Shown here: positions 59,403 to 64,000 of the stretch, one piece after another
Numbering within the stretch: position 1 is the first letter of the stretch
How the letters are laid out: every line of letters begins with the position of its first letter
Origin: Camelus ferus
Taxonomy: Eukaryota
DNA length: 64,000 nucleotides
Assembly: GCF_009834535.1 (NCBI RefSeq)
Contig: NC_045704.1
Span: 9,300,001 to 9,364,000, forward strand
Reading direction: 5' to 3'
Position numbers and translations under genes: made by a program
The notes under the pieces: model-generated
Told to the model about the DNA's origin: nothing
What the model saw: only the letters and a program-made list of their open reading frames with translations
Database searches by the model: none

Positions 59403-61364
59403 GGTTGGAGCAGTGGGATTGGGGTTGGCACCCCTGGTTCCCTGTAGGTGGAAGGGGCTGCCATCACCAGATCCCTATTGTTGCTCTCATGCTGGCCTCA
59501 GGCCCAGTCCCCGATCCCCTCAGGCCAGTCCATCCCCCAGGCTGGTGGCCTGAGTCACCTTGGCTGGCCCCGCCGGTCTGGGGGGGGGGGCTACGTCAGT
59601 TCTCCCCTCACTGACGCAGCCTTGGGCCCCCCACGCTGACTCAGCCGGAAACAGGCCCCCTGAGGGGCGGAGAACCAGTGGTCAGAGGCCTGGGTCCCAG
59701 CGTGAGCTGGGGCTGGGGAGGGCCCCTGGGGGGCCCTGGAAGGGGTGGCCATGACAGACTGAGAGAGGCAGAGCAAGCTCTTACCTGAGTCGATGAGGTC
59801 ATGTCCCACCATGGGGGGGCTGTGACCTCACCTCCCTGGGGACCTGAGCAGTCGTCCCCTCAGTGGTGGGGGAGGGGAGGGGGATGACTCCAGCCGCCAT
59901 TCATCCCCAGAGCCCCCTTCCCGCTTAGCACAGTCTCAGGGGCCAGGAGGGGAGACTTTTGGAAGTCCTTTTCACCTTTTGTCTTCTCAGTCCGCTCCAT
60001 CCTTCTCTGCCACCTTTCCCTGGGGTTGAGGGGGACTCCTGCGGACTTGGGTCCCTGTCTTGGTCCCTCACTGGCTGCTGTGAATCCCCTGGGCCAGCTG
60101 CGCTCCATATATCTGGTGCTTCCCTTGTGTGCCTGTGTTGGCATCGCTGTCCTCCCAAATCTGCATCTCCTGCTCCAAACCCTCTCTGCATCTCCACCTC
60201 TCGGCCTGGTGTTCTCCCTGCCCTGCCCTGGTCTCCAGCTCCCCTCTGAGCTGCCTGTCCAGGTCTCCTCATCCTCACTGTCTGGCTCGCACCATCTCCA
60301 TCTCTCCCAGAACCTGCATCTTTTTCTCTGTCTCCCTGGGTGTGTTAATAAACATCAACCACAAGAATAGCTATGGTTCACAGTTACTGAGAGCTGACTG
60401 TGTGGTCTGAACTCACTCTGTCCTCACCCAGGTGTTTGGGAAGGGGGAGGTGCCCGGGGTGTCCCCATTTCACAGATAGAGAAACTGAGGCACAGAGAGG
60501 TGAAGCCATGTGCCCGAGGTCCTACCTATACTAGGTCTCCACAACTTCTGTCTCTTGGTCCCTGTCTCTGCCTCTGGCTCCCTTTCACCATGTCCCAGCC
60601 TGTCTCTTGGAGAAAGGCTCCCCCTCAGTCTGTCCCCACTGCTGACTCCTCCTTGTGTCAGCATCTCCATCCCTCTGGGCATCTTTGCCTCCTGGGGCCT
60701 CTCCATCTCTGCCACCCTGCCTCGTGTCTCCCTTTTCTGCTGCCTGCCTCTCTTCTTTCTGACACACCCTGTCTCCATCTCTTTTCTTTTGGGGGTCTCT
60801 CTGGGTCTCTGCAAATCTCTCCTGCTGTCTTCATCTTGCTTGCTATCTCTGACTCCCAGGACCTCTCCTCTGTCTCCTGGTTTCCTCTGCTCCTGTGGTG
60901 TATCTCCTTGGCTGTCTCTATCTCTCCATGTATCTCTATCTCTGCATCTCAGACTCCCCATCTCTGTCCCGTGTCCCCATCTCTCTGTGTGTCTGGGTCT
61001 CAGTCTCTCCATCTCTCTCTCTGCCCCTGGGAATCTCTTCCTCTCACACCTCCATCTCCCCAGGCCTGCATATTGTGGCCCCATCCCCATCTCTCCCTGC
61101 TGCCACATCTCTCTGTCTGTCCTGGTCCAGTCGGACCCCCGCCTGCAGCCAGGCCCCAGTTCTTGAGCTGAGTGTGTCTGCCCTGGCNNNNNNNNNNNNN
61201 NNNNNNNNNNNNNNNNNNNNNNNNNNNNNNNNNNNNNNNNNNNNNNNNNNNNNNNNNNNNNNNNNNNNNNNNNNNNNNNNNNNNNNNNNNNNNNNNNNNN
61301 NNNNNNNNNNNNNNNNNNNNNNNNNNNNNNNNNNNGGCTCCGTCTGAATGGAAAAGGCAGGCAG

Positions 61365-61445
61365 GGAGGGTGAGTCAGGATGTGTCAGGCCGCCCTCCCC
61401 TGCCGCCTGCCCCCCGCCCGCCCGCCCCGGCCCCCTATATAACCC
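61365..61445 (+). promoter_or_regulatory. IL11: IL11 core promoter: tandem AP-1 sites and TATA box
   Basis: TGAGTCA 61371-61377, TGTGTCA 61381-61387, TATATAA 61436-61442. This is the known IL11 promoter layout. Confidence 0.88.
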
Positions 61446-61620
61446 CCCAGGCGTACACACTCCCTCACTGCCGCGGCCCTCTCTGCTCACACGCACATGC
61501 CTCCCCTCCCCAGGCCGAGGCCCAGCTGACCCCCAGGGCTCCCACGGCAGCGGACAGGGAAGGGTTAAAGGCCCCCAGCTCCCTGCCCCCTGCCCTGGGG
61601 AACCCCTGCCCTGTGGGGAC

Positions 61621-63065
61621 ATGAACAGTAAGTTGGTTCAAGTTCCTGGAGAGGGGGGACAGGGAGGGAGGAGGGAGGGACCGTCGGCGGGAAGGGTGGG
61701 GAGCAGACAGACACAGCGGAATCGGACAGAGAGACAGAGGAGAGCGATGGGGACGCAGGGACGGAGAGGGAAGAAGATTCAGAGAAAGCAGGAGGCCTAG
61801 AGAAGGGACTGGCAGAGGGACATATGAAAGGACGGATCAGAGACGCCGAGACACCTTCAGCGCAGCGCCAGGAAGAAAGAAATGGAGACTCAGAGGGAGA
61901 GACAGGGATACAAATGCCAGGGGGTGATCCCAAAAGCCCTGGGAATCCCGGGGAGCCAGCGGGGACCGAGGGACGCAGACACCCAGGGACTCCGACAGAC
62001 AGGTTCCAGGAAGGAAACTGAGGCAGAGAGCCCAAGGAGGTGAGAGCAAGCCCGGAACATCGACCCCAGGGGCGGAGAGAGAGGGAGCGACAGGGGTGCA
62101 GACAGAAACCAGAGAGCCAGACAGATGCGGACAGACCGACAGACAGCGGCCTGGGAGGGCTCAGGGGGCGGGCTGGGGGTGTGCTGCGGGAGCGGGGCGG
62201 CCCGGGGGGCGCTGATTGGCTGGCGGGCGGGGTGGGCGGGGCAGCTGGGGGATGGGTGGCCGCGGAGGGAGCGGGCCGGAGCCCCCGCGCTGAGCGCCGC
62301 CGGGTCCCTCTCTCCCCGCCGCGTGCCCGGCGTGCCCGCGTCTCTCCCTCTCTCCGCCCAGGTGTGCTGCGGGGCATCCCCGGCACTGCGGACCGGCCTT
62401 CCGCGGTCCACTCTGGCGGGCCTATGGGGGGGTGTCCCGGGGAGGGGTCAGGGCCTCCGGGCCTCTGTCCCGGTCTCCTTCCCGTGCTCTCAGTCCGGCT
62501 CGGGCTCCTGAGCCCGGGGAGGGGGCAGGTTCTGGCCTGTGTCTCCCCCCTCTTGCCCCGCCCCGGGGCCCAGATTCCGGCGTCCGGGGGCGGACGGGAG
62601 ACGCCCGGCCCGTCTACCCGCCCAGGGCCGCGTCTGCTCCGACGGGCGGGGCAGCCAGAGCCGGAGAGGGAGAGGGAAACCCGCCCAGGCCCTGCGAAGT
62701 GCCCTGGGCGCTCCTCCCTGGGACTCAGGACCCCCACCCCAGCCCCTCCTCCCTCAGACCCACGAGTCCGGCTTGAGCCTTCTTTCTTCTCCTGCCCCCA
62801 GGTGTTTGCTGCCTGGTCCTGGTCGCACTGAGCCTGTGGCCAGATAGAGCTACTGCCCCAGGGCCACCTCCTGGCCCCCCGCGGGCCTCCCCAGACCCTC
62901 GGGCTGAGCTGGACAGCGCCGTCCTCCTGACGCGCTCTCTCCTGGCGGACACCCGGCAGCTGGCCTCACAGCTGGTAGGAGAGACTGGAGGGGATGCGCT
63001 GGGGCCAAGACCCAGAGTCAGGAGGGCTTCTAGGCTACCCTGCTGGTGGCAGAGCCGGGGTGTGA

Positions 63066-63096
<31 letters not shown>

Positions 63097-63534
63097 GCCT
63101 GTCGTGGAGGATGGAGGGACTCCTGGAGCTGAGCCAGGTCCCTCTCATGGCTTCTTTCCCCCCAGAGAGACAAATTTCCAGCTGACGGAGACCACAACCT
63201 GGATTCCCTCCCCACCTTGGCCATGAGTGCAGGGGCGCTGGGAGCCCTGCAGGTAAGTGCAGGGGAGAGGGATGGGGCAAAAGTGGGAGCTGGGCAGTGA
63301 AGGGGGTGCAGGAAATTGGGGACCGGAGTGGGCATTGCCAAGTGCTCCTTGACGCCCCCGCATGTCCCCCAGCTCCCAGGAGTGCTGACACGGCTGCGGG
63401 CAGACCTGTTCTCCTACTTGAGGCACGTGCAGTGGCTGCGCAGGGCAGGAGGCCCTTCCCTGCGGACCCTGGAGCCCGAACTGGGTGCTCTGCAGGCCCG
63501 GCTGGACCGGCTGCTGCGCCGGCTGCAGCTCCTG
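61621..63534 (+). CDS. IL11: Interleukin-11, exons 1-4 (exon 5 lies beyond the window)
   Basis: Exons 61621-61627, 62802-62974, 63166-63252, 63373-63534. Reads MNSVCCLVLVALSLWPDRATAPGPPPGPPRASPDPRAELDSAVLLTRSLLADTRQL...RDKFPADGDHNLDSLPTLAMSAGALGALQLPGVLTRLRADL...RLDRLLRRLQLL. Confidence 0.97.
63066..63096. repeat. (GC)n(TG)n compound dinucleotide repeat in IL11 intron 2
   Basis: gcgcgcgcgcgcgcgtgtgtgtgtgtgtgtg, 31 bp of purine-pyrimidine alternation. Confidence 0.9.
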
Positions 63535-64000
63535 GTATGATGACCTGGCCCTGAGACCCAAGACCCCAAGACTCCAGATCCCAGACCTGCTCTGAGATCC
63601 TCACTCTGTCCCTGAGGCACTGAACTCCAAAATCCTGCCCTGAAACTCTAAATTTTCACGTGAGACTCATAAACCCCATGATCTCATGATTCCAAAACTC
63701 CTACCCTAAAACCTTAAGATTTGAGAGTCCAAACCCTGACCCCAAGACTTGGAGACACTGGCCCAAAGACAAGAGGATTCTAGACCCTAAGACTTGGACA
63801 CTCTGAACCTCCAGACCTTAAGACCCCTCACCTCCTGACCCTGAGATCCTGACACTTCAAGGCTCTAGACCCTAAGATGATGGACCCCAACTCAAAGCCA
63901 GCCTAGAGACCCTAACTGCAAACCCCAGACCTCAAGGACCTAGACCCTGAGATCTCAAATTGGAAGACCCCAGACCCCGAGCCCTGAATCCCCAAGACCT

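Noticed and set aside
59770-59840. Strong minus-strand donor sites (CAG|GTAAGA, GAG|GTGAGG) between TMEM190 and IL11 as an unknown gene
   Set aside because: No supporting ORF or partner acceptor chain was found; isolated donors are common.
61565-62831. 390 aa (-) and 263 aa (+) ORFs in IL11 intron 1
   Set aside because: CpG-island low-complexity Pro/Arg/Gly ORFs with no homology signal.
62905-62930. REST/NRSE-like GGACAGCGCC
   Set aside because: Right half-site only, and it lies inside IL11 coding sequence (ELDSA).
63535-63540. Stop right after IL11 exon 4 suggesting truncation
   Set aside because: It lies in the intron donor (GTATGA); exon 5 is simply beyond the window.

Overview
Mammalian genomic DNA, GC-rich, with six N gaps. 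Four copies of a tRNA-Ala(AGC)-derived SINE point to a camelid (alpaca, llama or camel). The gene order matches human chr19q13.42 in reversed orientation: C19orf85 (last coding exon, +), ISOC2 (+), SHISA7 (+), UBE2S (+), RPL28 (-), TMEM238 (+, core hidden by an N gap), TMEM190 (-) and IL11 (exons 1-4, +). Exon boundaries were placed by hand from GT-AG sites and phase consistency. The intergenic and intronic DNA is mostly L1, L2, MIR and MLT relics plus MSR1-like minisatellites. I found no new gene or prokaryotic-type system. The observations most worth follow-up are: (1) a ~2.4 kb degenerate tandem array in the SHISA7 3' UTR with 21 TGATGTCA/TGACATCA cores that look like CpG-decayed CREs, many of which are also miR-489 seed matches; (2) a 66-nt in-frame SHISA7 cassette exon absent from the ORF track; (3) a +1 frameshift near the RPL28 C-terminus (variant or assembly error); (4) MSR1-like repeats in a non-primate, one filling an in-frame ISOC2 intron; and (5) clustered RFX sites at TMEM190 and bZIP sites upstream of IL11. 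Comparisons to human proteins and motifs are from memory, not database searches.
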